Below, one piece after another: positions 19,464 through 27,775 of a stretch of 64,000 nt of DNA. Under the pieces are notes generated by a model. It worked only from the letters and a program-made list of their open reading frames with translations, was not told the origin of the DNA and did not search any database. Both the position numbers and the translations under genes were made by a program. Each line of letters opens with the position of its first letter. The stretch's first letter is position 1. Source of the DNA: Candidatus Eiseniibacteriota bacterium (GTDB lineage Bacteria > Eisenbacteria > RBG-16-71-46); the NCBI GenBank assembly GCA_963707915.1, contig OY970178.1:3488001-3552000 (forward strand), given 5' to 3'.

Positions 19464-20674
19464 GCGGCGCCCGTCTTCCCCGCGGACGCGGCGCACAACT
19501 CGCGCAGCACGGCGCCGAGCCGGGCGATGCCCTCGGTGATGCGCTCCTCCGGCATGTTGGAGAAGTTCAGGCGCAGGGTGTTCTCGTGTCCGCCGTTGGG
19601 GAAGAACGAGCCGCCCGGCACGAACGCCACGTTCCGCTCGAGCGCGCGCGCCAGCGCCTCGCGGGCGCTGACCCCGGTCGGGAGCGTCGCCCAGAGGAAC
19701 AGCCCGCCCCGCGGGCGCGTCCAGGACACCCCGGGCGGGAACTCCGCCTCGATGGCCCGCAGCATGGCGTCGCGCCGTCGCCGGTACAGCGTGCAGATGC
19801 GGCCGATCGCCGCGTCGATGTCGAAGCGTTCCACGTAGGCGAGCAGCTGGTGCTGGCCCAGGGTCGAGGTGTTCAAGTCGAGCCCCTGCTTCGCCAGGAC
19901 GTACTTCTCGTAGATCTCCCGCGGCGCGACCAGCCAGCCGATGCGCATCCCGGGACAGAGGATCTTGGAGAACGTGCCCAGGTAGACGACCGGGACGCCG
20001 CGGGACAGCGCGGCCAGCGTGAGGGGTGTGTCGCCCTCGTAGCAGAGCCGCCCATAGGGGTCGTCCTCGATCACCACCAGGCCGTGGCGCGCGGCCACGT
20101 CGAGCAGCGCCTGCCGCCGCTCGAGGCTCCAGGTGCGCCCGGTCGGGTTCTGGAAACTGGGGATGACGTAGACGAACTTGGCCCGGCGAGCGCCCGCGGC
20201 GCGGCGCTCGAGATCCTCCGGGACCATGCCATCGTCGTCGGTGGCGACGTCCACGAAGCGTGGCTGGTAGGCCCGGAACGCGTTGATGGCGCCGATGTAG
20301 GTGGGGCTCTCGCACAGCACCTCGTCGTCCTCGTCCAGGAACAGCTTGCCGGTGAGATCCAGCCCCTGCTGTGAGCCGGCCGTGACCAGCACCTGGGAGG
20401 CGTCGCAGCCCGCGCCGAGCACGGCGTTCATGCGGTGCGCGATCCACGCGCGCAGCCCCGGGTGTCCCTCGGTCGTCGAATACTGGAGTGCCTGCGCGCC
20501 TTCGCGCTCGAACACCTCGGTCGCGATCGTCTTGAGTTCCTGGATCGGGAACGACTCCGGGGCCGGCAGCCCGCCGGCGAAGGAGATCACCTCGGGCCGC
20601 TGCGTGATCTTGAGCAGCTCCCGGATCTCCGAGGCCTTCATCCCGTCCAGGCGTCGCGCGAAAGGTGCGGTCAC
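19460..20674 (-). CDS. PLP-dependent aminotransferase class I/II (2-aminoadipate transaminase LysN-like)
   Basis: GTG at 20674 after GAGGAGG. Motifs 'SEIRELLK', 'ISFAGGLP', 'FQNPTG', 'EDDPY', 'TFSKILCPGMRIGW' and 'LRLNFS'. Confidence 0.9.
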   Translation of the reverse strand: MTAPFARRLDGMKASEIRELLKITQRPEVISFAGGLPAPESFPIQELKTIATEVFEREGAQALQYSTTEGHPGLRAWIAHRMNAVLGAGCDASQVLVTAGSQQGLDLTGKLFLDEDDEVLCESPTYIGAINAFRAYQPRFVDVATDDDGMVPEDLERRAAGARRAKFVYVIPSFQNPTGRTWSLERRQALLDVAARHGLVVIEDDPYGRLCYEGDTPLTLAALSRGVPVVYLGTFSKILCPGMRIGWLVAPREIYEKYVLAKQGLDLNTSTLGQHQLLAYVERFDIDAAIGRICTLYRRRRDAMLRAIEAEFPPGVSWTRPRGGLFLWATLPTGVSAREALARALERNVAFVPGGSFFPNGGHENTLRLNFSNMPEERITEGIARLGAVLRELCAASAGKTGAA

Positions 20675-20691
20675 GGCTTCCTCCTCGAGTC

Positions 20692-22200
20692 TCAGACGAT
20701 GGGCCGCGTCGAAGCGGCCTGGATCTCCGGAAGGTCCGGTTGCCCGGTCTCCTGGCGGATCGCTCCGGTCAGGCGTGTGACGCCCTCCCGGATCTGGTCC
20801 TCGTCCGGGTAGGAGAAGTTGAGGCGGATGAACTCGGCCGGCGGCTCGTCCACGAAGCAGGCGCGCCCCGGCAGGTACGAGACCCCGGCCTCGGCGGCGC
20901 GCGCCAGCAGGGCCGCCGTGCGGACCCCGGCGGGCAGCCGGCACCAGAAGTAGAAGCCGCCCTGCGGGCGCTGCCAACCGAGGCCCGGCACCGCGGCCTC
21001 GCGCAGCGCGCGGTCCATCGCGTCGCGGCGCCGCCGGTACGCCTGCTGGACCGCGCGCATGTGATCGCTCATGCGCCCGTCCTGGATGAACCGGTCGAGA
21101 ACCCACTGGCCGAGCGTGTTCGAGTGCAGGTCGGCCGTCTGCCGGGCGAGCGCGAACTGCCGCACCACGGCCCGCGGGGCGACCAGGAAGCCGAGCCGCA
21201 TGCCGGGGAAGAGCAGCTTCGAGAAGGTGGACAGGTAGAGCACGTTGCCGGCCGGGTCCAGCGCCCGCAGCGACGGCACCGGGTCGCCCTCGTAGCGCAA
21301 CTCGGAGTAGGGATCGTCCTCGAGGACCGGCACCTGGTAGCGCCGCGAGAGCGCCAGCAGGTGCAGGCGGCGCTCGATCGGGAGCACCGCGCCGGAGGGA
21401 TTCTGGAAGGTGGGGAGCGTGTAGATGAGCTTCGGCCGGAAGCGCGACAGGACGCTCTCCAGCACGTCCGTGCGCAGCCCGTGTTCGTCGGTGGGCACGC
21501 CGATCAGGCGCGCCCGCGCACCGCGGAAGGTCTGCAGCGCGCCGATGAACGAGGGCTCCTCGACCACCACGGCGTCCCCGGGGTCGAGGAAGATGCGCGC
21601 CGCGAGGTCGAGCCCCTGCTGCGAGCCGGACAGCACCAGCACCTCCTCCGGGGCGCAGTCCACTCCCCGCGCGGCCATCATCCGCGCGAGGGTCGTGCGC
21701 AGCGAGGTGAGGCCCTCGGTGGGGCTGTGGAGCAGGGCGGCCGGGCCGGTGTCGTCCAGCACCCCGTTGATGAGCTCGCGCAGGGTGCCGAAGGGGAGCA
21801 AGTCGGGGGCAGGCATGCCGAAGGACAGCGGGACCGCTCCGGCGCGCTCGGTGAGCCGCAGCAGGTCACCCACCAGCGGATCCTGGAAGCCCGACACGGC
21901 GGTCGCGAAGAGCTGCCGCCAGGGCAGTTCCCGCCCGGCCTCGGGTGGCGCGGGTGTGACCTCGGGAGGGGTGACGGTCGTGCCGCGCCCGACGTGGGCG
22001 TCGATGAGCGCATCGGCGCGCAGTTCCTGGTACGCGATCAGGACGGTGCTGCGGCTGACGCCAAGCGCCTCCGCGAGGCGGCGCTCGGGCGGCAGGCGGA
22101 ATCCGGCCGGGAGCTTGCCGGTCGTGATCAGGTCGCGGACCTGCCGGGCGATCTGGCGGTAGATGGGCTCGCGGCTGCCGCGCTCGATCGTGATCTCCAC
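20692..22200 (-). CDS. MocR/GabR-family transcriptional regulator (GntR HTH + PLP aminotransferase domain)
   Basis: GTG at 22200 after GGAGG. HTH 'PIYRQIA...LPPERRLAEALGVSRSTV' followed by 'FQNPSG', 'EDDPY' and 'TFSKLLFPG'. Confidence 0.92.
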   Translation of the reverse strand: MEITIERGSREPIYRQIARQVRDLITTGKLPAGFRLPPERRLAEALGVSRSTVLIAYQELRADALIDAHVGRGTTVTPPEVTPAPPEAGRELPWRQLFATAVSGFQDPLVGDLLRLTERAGAVPLSFGMPAPDLLPFGTLRELINGVLDDTGPAALLHSPTEGLTSLRTTLARMMAARGVDCAPEEVLVLSGSQQGLDLAARIFLDPGDAVVVEEPSFIGALQTFRGARARLIGVPTDEHGLRTDVLESVLSRFRPKLIYTLPTFQNPSGAVLPIERRLHLLALSRRYQVPVLEDDPYSELRYEGDPVPSLRALDPAGNVLYLSTFSKLLFPGMRLGFLVAPRAVVRQFALARQTADLHSNTLGQWVLDRFIQDGRMSDHMRAVQQAYRRRRDAMDRALREAAVPGLGWQRPQGGFYFWCRLPAGVRTAALLARAAEAGVSYLPGRACFVDEPPAEFIRLNFSYPDEDQIREGVTRLTGAIRQETGQPDLPEIQAASTRPIV

Positions 22201-22233
22201 CTTGCCTCCGCTCGACACGCTGGCTGGATACCT

Positions 22234-22326
22234 TATGGTACCGACCAATCGGTATCATAGCGCCTCGTCTTGGCCGTTCAAGGTCCAATTGGCCTGCAAT
22301 CAATCAGTCCAATCCAGCATATTGGT
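22234..22326. promoter_or_regulatory. AT-rich control region with a probable MocR operator and promoter
   Basis: Inverted repeat TATGGTACCGA-CCAA-TCGGTATCATA (22234-22259) and repeated CCAAT/ATTGG boxes. Minus-strand TTGAAC (22281-22276)-16-TATGAT (22259-22254). Confidence 0.55.
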
Positions 22327-22508
22327 AGTGTGCTACGGTCCGGACTGTCATGATGCGCACTCCGTTGACTGCTCGAGGCGGCGTGCGGCCGGTCGGTCTC
22401 ACCTGTCCCGATTCGGCCTCTCGGCGCTCGCCGTCCGCCCGCGCCAGGGGGGGCATCCGCGTCCCGCCCGCACCCTGCAGGAGCGCGCGAAACCCTGCTG
22501 GCGCAGGA

Positions 22509-22537
22509 TTGACAGCGGATTGGGTGGCCGACATAGT
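22509..22537 (+). promoter_or_regulatory. Sigma70-type promoter of the DUF3108-like operon
   Basis: TTGACA (22509-22514), 17-nt spacer, CATAGT (22532-22537). Confidence 0.6.
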
Positions 22538-22594
22538 GCGGTGGATGAGAGCGACGCCTCGTTCGGCACCGGACTTGCGTTCCGCTGGGGCGTC

Positions 22595-23458
22595 ATGAAG
22601 CTGCGGTTCAGTCCGTTCCGGCGCCCGTCCACCCCCTCGGCGCCCGCCCTCCTCGGCGCGCTGCTCGCGCTCGTCCTGGCCGGTGCCTCGCCCGCGGGCG
22701 ACTCCACCCTGCCCGTGCCGCAGGACAGCGCCGACATCGCCTCGTCCATCCAGGTGCCGGGCCCCGGGCCGCAGGAGGTCCGGCCGGCGCCGGCCCAGGC
22801 CTTCGGCGAGCACGAGTCCCTCCGCTTCTCCGTGCAGTACGGCTTCATCCACGCCGGCAGCGCCTGGCTGGAGATCCCGGAGGTGCGCCAGTACAAGGGG
22901 CACGAGGTCTACGTGCTGCTGGCGCGCGCCGAGTCGAACGCCTTCTTCAGCCGCTTCTACAAGGTCCGCGAGCGGATCGAGTCGTACTGGGACCGCCGCG
23001 GCCGGTACAGCCGGCGCTACGTCGAGGACCGCCGCGAGGGGAAGTTCCGCGCGCAGACCGACGTCGTCTTCGACCCGGTCCGCAACGAGGCGATCTACTC
23101 CGATGGGAGCACGTTCCCGGTGCCGGCGCGGGTGCAGGACGCCCTCTCGGCGTTCTACTACTTCCGCACCCAGGCGCTGCCGCTCGGCGGCAGCATCGTG
23201 TTCCACTATCATGCGAGCCAGAAGAGCCAGCCGCTGCAGGTCAAGGTGCTGGGGCGCGAGCGCATCAAGACCCCGGCCGGCACGTTCGACTGCATCGGCA
23301 TCGAGCCCATCCTGAAGGCCGGTGGCATCTTCCAGAGCTCCGGCCGGCTCGTGATCTGGGTCACGGATGACGAGCGCCGCATGCCGGTGCTCATGAAGAG
23401 CAAGGTCATCATCGGCTCGATCAGCGTCGTGCTGGTCGAGGCCAGGACGGGGGGCTGA
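22595..23458 (+). CDS. DUF3108-like exported protein
   Basis: Signal peptide, then 'GEHESLRFSVQYGFIHAG', 'QDALSAFYY', 'ERIKTPAGTFDC' and 'IWVTDDERRMPV'. Confidence 0.75.
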   Translation: MKLRFSPFRRPSTPSAPALLGALLALVLAGASPAGDSTLPVPQDSADIASSIQVPGPGPQEVRPAPAQAFGEHESLRFSVQYGFIHAGSAWLEIPEVRQYKGHEVYVLLARAESNAFFSRFYKVRERIESYWDRRGRYSRRYVEDRREGKFRAQTDVVFDPVRNEAIYSDGSTFPVPARVQDALSAFYYFRTQALPLGGSIVFHYHASQKSQPLQVKVLGRERIKTPAGTFDCIGIEPILKAGGIFQSSGRLVIWVTDDERRMPVLMKSKVIIGSISVVLVEARTGG

Positions 23459-24406
23459 ATGTCGCGTTACCCGGAAGCGGACCTCGCGCGGCTCGTGGTC
23501 GGGACGTTCGCGCAGCGCGCCACGCGTGTCCGGGTCGAGGACTTCGCGCGCCCGCTCGCGCCCGCGGCGGCGCTGGCGGTGCTGGACTCGCTCCCGGACC
23601 AACTGGCGGCGCGGGCGCTGCGCGAGGTCGTGGATCGGGTCGCCGAGGCGCACCGGAGCGGGCGGCCCGTGGTGGCCATGTGCGGCGGCCACGTGGTGAA
23701 GGTGGGCGTGTCGCCGTGCCTGATCGCGCTGCTCGAGCGCGGCGTGATCACGCACCTGGCCCTCAACGGCGCGGCCGCGCTGCACGACGTCGAGATCGCG
23801 CGCGGGGGGCGCACTTCGGAGGACGTCGAGGCGAACCTGATGACGGGCTCCTTCGGCATGGTGGACGAGACCGGCGACTTCATGAACGCCGCCCTGCGCG
23901 AGGGCGCCCGGCGCGGCGAGGGGCTCGGGGAATGCTGGGGCCGGGCGCTCTGCGAGGAGGCTCCGCCGCACCTGGGAGCGAGCCTGGTGGCGGCGGCGTG
24001 GCGGCTCGGCGTCCCGGCCACGGTCCACGTGGCGGTGGGGACGGACACGATCCACTGCCATCCGGGCTGCGACGGAGCGGCGCTCGGGGAGACCTCGCTG
24101 CGCGATTTCCGCATCTTCGCGGCGACGCTCGCGGAGGCGCGCGGCGCGGCCGTGCTCAACTTCGGCTCGGCGGTGGTGCTGCCCGAAGTCTTCCTGAAGG
24201 CGCTCGCGGTGGCGCGGAACCTGGGCGCCGGCCTGGAGGGCCTGACGACCGCGAACTTCGACCAGGTCCAGCACTACCGGCCGCGGGTGAACGTGGTCGA
24301 GCGCCCGACGCGGGCCGACGGGGCCCGGGGCTATGCCCTTACGGGCCACCACGAGATCATGGTCCCGCTCTTCGCGGGAGCCGTCCTGGCCCGGATCTCC
24401 GGCTGA
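23459..24406 (+). CDS. Conserved hypothetical protein, deoxyhypusine-synthase-like NAD-binding fold
   Basis: Motifs 'MCGGHVVKVG', 'NGAAALHD', 'AVGTDTIH', 'GSAVVLPEVFLKAL' and 'GHHEIMVP'. Abuts the upstream gene with no gap. Confidence 0.6.
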   Translation: MSRYPEADLARLVVGTFAQRATRVRVEDFARPLAPAAALAVLDSLPDQLAARALREVVDRVAEAHRSGRPVVAMCGGHVVKVGVSPCLIALLERGVITHLALNGAAALHDVEIARGGRTSEDVEANLMTGSFGMVDETGDFMNAALREGARRGEGLGECWGRALCEEAPPHLGASLVAAAWRLGVPATVHVAVGTDTIHCHPGCDGAALGETSLRDFRIFAATLAEARGAAVLNFGSAVVLPEVFLKALAVARNLGAGLEGLTTANFDQVQHYRPRVNVVERPTRADGARGYALTGHHEIMVPLFAGAVLARISG

Positions 24407-24470
24407 CCGGAGAGGAGGGGCCGGGCATGGTCCGCGCGTCCCGGCGCCGCGTTTCGGACGGACGGGCCGT

Positions 24471-24500
24471 TTGACAGGACGGACGGCGGCCGCGTACTAT
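24471..24500 (+). promoter_or_regulatory. Sigma70-type promoter of the polysaccharide operon
   Basis: TTGACA (24471-24476), 18-nt spacer, TACTAT (24495-24500). Confidence 0.55.
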
Positions 24501-24739
24501 TCAACTCCCCTTCGCACCGCGACTTGCGGTGCCCGGCCAACTCCACGGCGGAGGTCCGACAAGACGCGTCTTGCTACTGCTTCGGGCGGGGTTGATTAGT
24601 CGTTTCACCCTGCCGATGAATAGTGGACCGGGATTCGTCCCGATCTCTGCGCCTGGCAGGCCACAGGGTTCTTCGCCGACGTTCGCCCCGGCTCATCCGT
24701 GCGCAGGATCGCGGAAGAACCCCCTTCCCTGGAGTGGTC

Positions 24740-25483
24740 GTGAAACGCTTCGCTGCCGTCGCTGTGGTGTTCGCCCTCGCGTTGCCGCCCGGTCCCTCAT
24801 TCGGGGCGGCGACTCCGGCCGACCGTCCTATCGACCAGATCGACTGGGGCGAGACTCCGGAATACCGCATCGTTCCGGGAGACGTGCTGGAGCTGAACTT
24901 CGGTCCGCGCGAGGACCTTCCCACCGACCTCGTCCGCCAGACGGAAGTGCGCCTCGACGGTCGCATCACGGTCTTCCCGATCGGGGATGTCGTGGCCGCG
25001 GGCCGCACGCCGGTCGAGCTGCAGACCGAGTTGATCCGGCTGCTGGCCGGCGAATTCCGGCAGCCGCGCGTCACGGTCGAGCTCATGAAATCGGCCGCGA
25101 ACCGGGTGCACGTGCTGGGGCGGGTGAAGAAGCCGGGCTCGCAGGTGGTCCAGTCGCTCCCGACCCTGCTGCAGGTGATCGCCGAGGCCGGGGGATTCGA
25201 GGATGACGCGGCCCGCAACAGCGTGATCATCATGCACCGGGTCGGCCTGAGCTCCGTGAGCGTCAGCCGCATCCGCGCGGACCGGCTCCTGCGGGGCGGC
25301 GGTGACGTTCCGCTCTCCCGCTTCGACATCGTCTACGTTCCGCGCTCGAGCATCGGCAACGTGGACGTCTTCGTCGACCAGTTCTTCGCGCGCACCATTC
25401 CGGTCGGATCCGCCGCCTTCCTCGGCTGGGAACTCTTCAATCTGGACAAGGTCTTCGGCGCGGTCCGAGTGACCACCCGCTAG
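24740..25483 (+). CDS. Polysaccharide export protein (OPX/Wza-like, Poly_export + SLBB)
   Basis: GTG after GGAG. Motifs 'EYRIVPGDVLEL', 'VRLDGRITVFPIGDVVAAGRT', 'VLGRVKKPG' and 'DIVYVP'. Confidence 0.85.
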   Translation: MKRFAAVAVVFALALPPGPSFGAATPADRPIDQIDWGETPEYRIVPGDVLELNFGPREDLPTDLVRQTEVRLDGRITVFPIGDVVAAGRTPVELQTELIRLLAGEFRQPRVTVELMKSAANRVHVLGRVKKPGSQVVQSLPTLLQVIAEAGGFEDDAARNSVIIMHRVGLSSVSVSRIRADRLLRGGGDVPLSRFDIVYVPRSSIGNVDVFVDQFFARTIPVGSAAFLGWELFNLDKVFGAVRVTTR

Positions 25484-25495
25484 GGAGAAGTTCGC

Positions 25496-26899
25496 ATGAC
25501 GCCCGATCTCGTCCCGGCTCCCTCCAGTTCCCAGCGCGCCACCGCCCGCGAGTTCTTCGCGGTGGTGTTCCGCCGCCGCTGGATCATCCTCGGACTGTTC
25601 GCGGCGACCCTGGGCACCGTGCTGGTCGTGACTCTGGGAACGCCCCGGACCTTCATCTCGTCCGGACAGGTGCTGGTGCGGCGGGGGGAGCAGCAGAGCG
25701 TGATGAATCCCGTCCGCCAGGTCGCGAACGAATGGGAGATCGAGCTGGGCAATGAGATCCAGACCGCGAGAAGCTGGCCGGTGCTGCAGCGCGCCCAGAA
25801 GATCCTGGACGAGGAGCGGCGCGGCCAGCCTGCCATGGTGCTGGACGAACACCAGGTGGGTGTGGCCGTGACCGGCAAGAGCAACGTGTTGATCATCGAC
25901 TACAGCGACCGTGACCCGCGAGTGGCCGAACGGATCTGTGACGCGCTCCTCCGTGCCTATATCGAATACCGCCAGAGCGCCCAGCTCAGCTACCCGCGGC
26001 GCTTCTTCGATCGCGAGATCAAGCAGGCTGCCGGGGAGCTGCAGCGCTGGACCGAGCTTCGCCGCGAATTCGCCAACCAGACCGGGATGGTGGATCTGCC
26101 CGGACAGCGGCAGTCGCTGATCTACGTGCGCGGTGGGCTGGAAGGGAACCGGACCATCGCCGCGGGGGAACTGGCCGAGGCGACGTCGCAGTACCGCCTC
26201 ATGGGCGAGCTCAAGAACAATCCTGACATCGACCAGCCGAACCTGCTGCAACCCAACATGCTCGACGCCACGATCGGCCAGGTCAAGACGCAGGTCGTCG
26301 AACAGCAGGGCCGCATCGCCCGGCTGCTCGAGCTCTACCGGAGCGATTCGCCCGAGGTGGTGAACGCCCAGGTCACCCTCGACACGCTGCGCGGGATCCT
26401 GCAGCGGGAGGCGCAGGCGCGCTACGTCATCGCGCGCGCGCGCATGCAGGTGGCACGCGCGAAGCTGGATGCGTTCGACCGTGACATCGCGGCGATCGAC
26501 GCCAAACTGGCCCAGATGCCGGACCTCGAAGCCCGGGTGGGCGAGATGGACAACCAGATCGCCACCTGGAAGCAGCGTCATACCGACCTCGCGAGGAGCA
26601 GCGACCAGGCCCGCGTCAACGAGAACACGGTCCCGCTGATCTCGGTCTTCATGCTGAACCCGGCCAGCCCCGCACGTCCGCAGAATACCCAGGACTACGT
26701 GCGGCTCGGGCTCGCTCCGGCCTTCAGCCTGGTCGTGGGCATCGGTCTGGCGTTCTTCATCGATGGTCTCGATCTCACGATCCGCACCTCTCCCCAGGCG
26801 GAGGAGGAAGTCCGGCTGCCGGTGCTTGCTGCCATCCGGGAGCGGAAACGGGGCGGCTGGCGTCCCCGTCCCCGCGAAGCGGACGAGAAGGTCGCATGA
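25496..26899 (+). CDS. Polysaccharide co-polymerase / chain-length determinant (GumC, Wzc N-terminal part)
   Basis: 'VFRRRWIILG' transmembrane segment, long coiled coil with 'YRSDSPEV', then a C-terminal TM and 'EEEVRLPVLAAI'. Confidence 0.85.
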   Translation: MTPDLVPAPSSSQRATAREFFAVVFRRRWIILGLFAATLGTVLVVTLGTPRTFISSGQVLVRRGEQQSVMNPVRQVANEWEIELGNEIQTARSWPVLQRAQKILDEERRGQPAMVLDEHQVGVAVTGKSNVLIIDYSDRDPRVAERICDALLRAYIEYRQSAQLSYPRRFFDREIKQAAGELQRWTELRREFANQTGMVDLPGQRQSLIYVRGGLEGNRTIAAGELAEATSQYRLMGELKNNPDIDQPNLLQPNMLDATIGQVKTQVVEQQGRIARLLELYRSDSPEVVNAQVTLDTLRGILQREAQARYVIARARMQVARAKLDAFDRDIAAIDAKLAQMPDLEARVGEMDNQIATWKQRHTDLARSSDQARVNENTVPLISVFMLNPASPARPQNTQDYVRLGLAPAFSLVVGIGLAFFIDGLDLTIRTSPQAEEEVRLPVLAAIRERKRGGWRPRPREADEKVA

Positions 26900-27759
26900 C
26901 CCGCCTCTTCGAAGCCTTGAGCAAGGCCCGGTCGGACCGTCCGGCCCGTGATCCCGTCGCGCTGCCGGGGCACCCCGCGCCCGCCGTCGCGCCGCCGCCG
27001 CATCTCGCGATCGCAGCCTCCCCACCGGTGCGACCAGCCACCGCCTCCGCCCCGCCGGCCCCGATGAAGGCGGTCCCCGCGTCGGCGGAGTGGTCTACGG
27101 CGTCCACCGACGGAGCCCGCCGGATCGTGGCTCTCGACGGGCTGGCGGGACTTCCGGCCGACGTCGAGCGCGAGATGACCGGCCTGCGGATCAGCCTCGA
27201 GGCGATGCTCACGCGGCGCATCCCGCGCACCCTGATGTTCATCGCCTCGCAGGGTGGCGAGGGCACCTCCACGGTGGCCGCGCAGTTCGCCCAGTCGCTG
27301 GCGGGCGACGAGCGCCTGCGGGTCCTGCTGGTGGACGCGCACGTCCGGCGTCCCGCCTACGAGCCCGACGGATCGCCAGCGGCGGCTCACGCGGTGCGCG
27401 TCACTCGGCGCCGACCCGCACGGTCCGAAGTACCGGGCCCGGATCTGATGCCGCTCTCCACGGAGTCGCGCGAGCTGTATACGCTCACTCCGGATTCCCT
27501 GCGCGTGTCGCTCGACGCGATCGCCAGTGGCTACGACTGGATCGTGATCGACGGCCCCCCGGTCCTGGAGTCGCCCGACGCGGCCACGCTCGGGGCGGTG
27601 GCCGACGGGGTGGTCGTCGTGGTACAGGCGGGGCGCACCAAGCGGCCCGTCCTCACGCGTTCCGTGGACCTGATGAACCGGGCCGGCGGACACGTGCTGG
27701 GGATCGTGCTCAATCGCCGTCGGCTGGAGATCCCGGAATTCATCTACCGGCGGATCTGA
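26896..27759 (+). CDS. CpsD/CapB-family BY-kinase-like protein with a degenerate Walker A
   Basis: Motifs 'GGEGTST', 'VLLVDAHVRRP', 'YDWIVIDGPPV', 'ADGVVVVV' and 'LGIVLN'. Confidence 0.85.
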   Translation: MTRLFEALSKARSDRPARDPVALPGHPAPAVAPPPHLAIAASPPVRPATASAPPAPMKAVPASAEWSTASTDGARRIVALDGLAGLPADVEREMTGLRISLEAMLTRRIPRTLMFIASQGGEGTSTVAAQFAQSLAGDERLRVLLVDAHVRRPAYEPDGSPAAAHAVRVTRRRPARSEVPGPDLMPLSTESRELYTLTPDSLRVSLDAIASGYDWIVIDGPPVLESPDAATLGAVADGVVVVVQAGRTKRPVLTRSVDLMNRAGGHVLGIVLNRRRLEIPEFIYRRI

Positions 27760-27775
27760 TCCGCCAGCCACCCCG

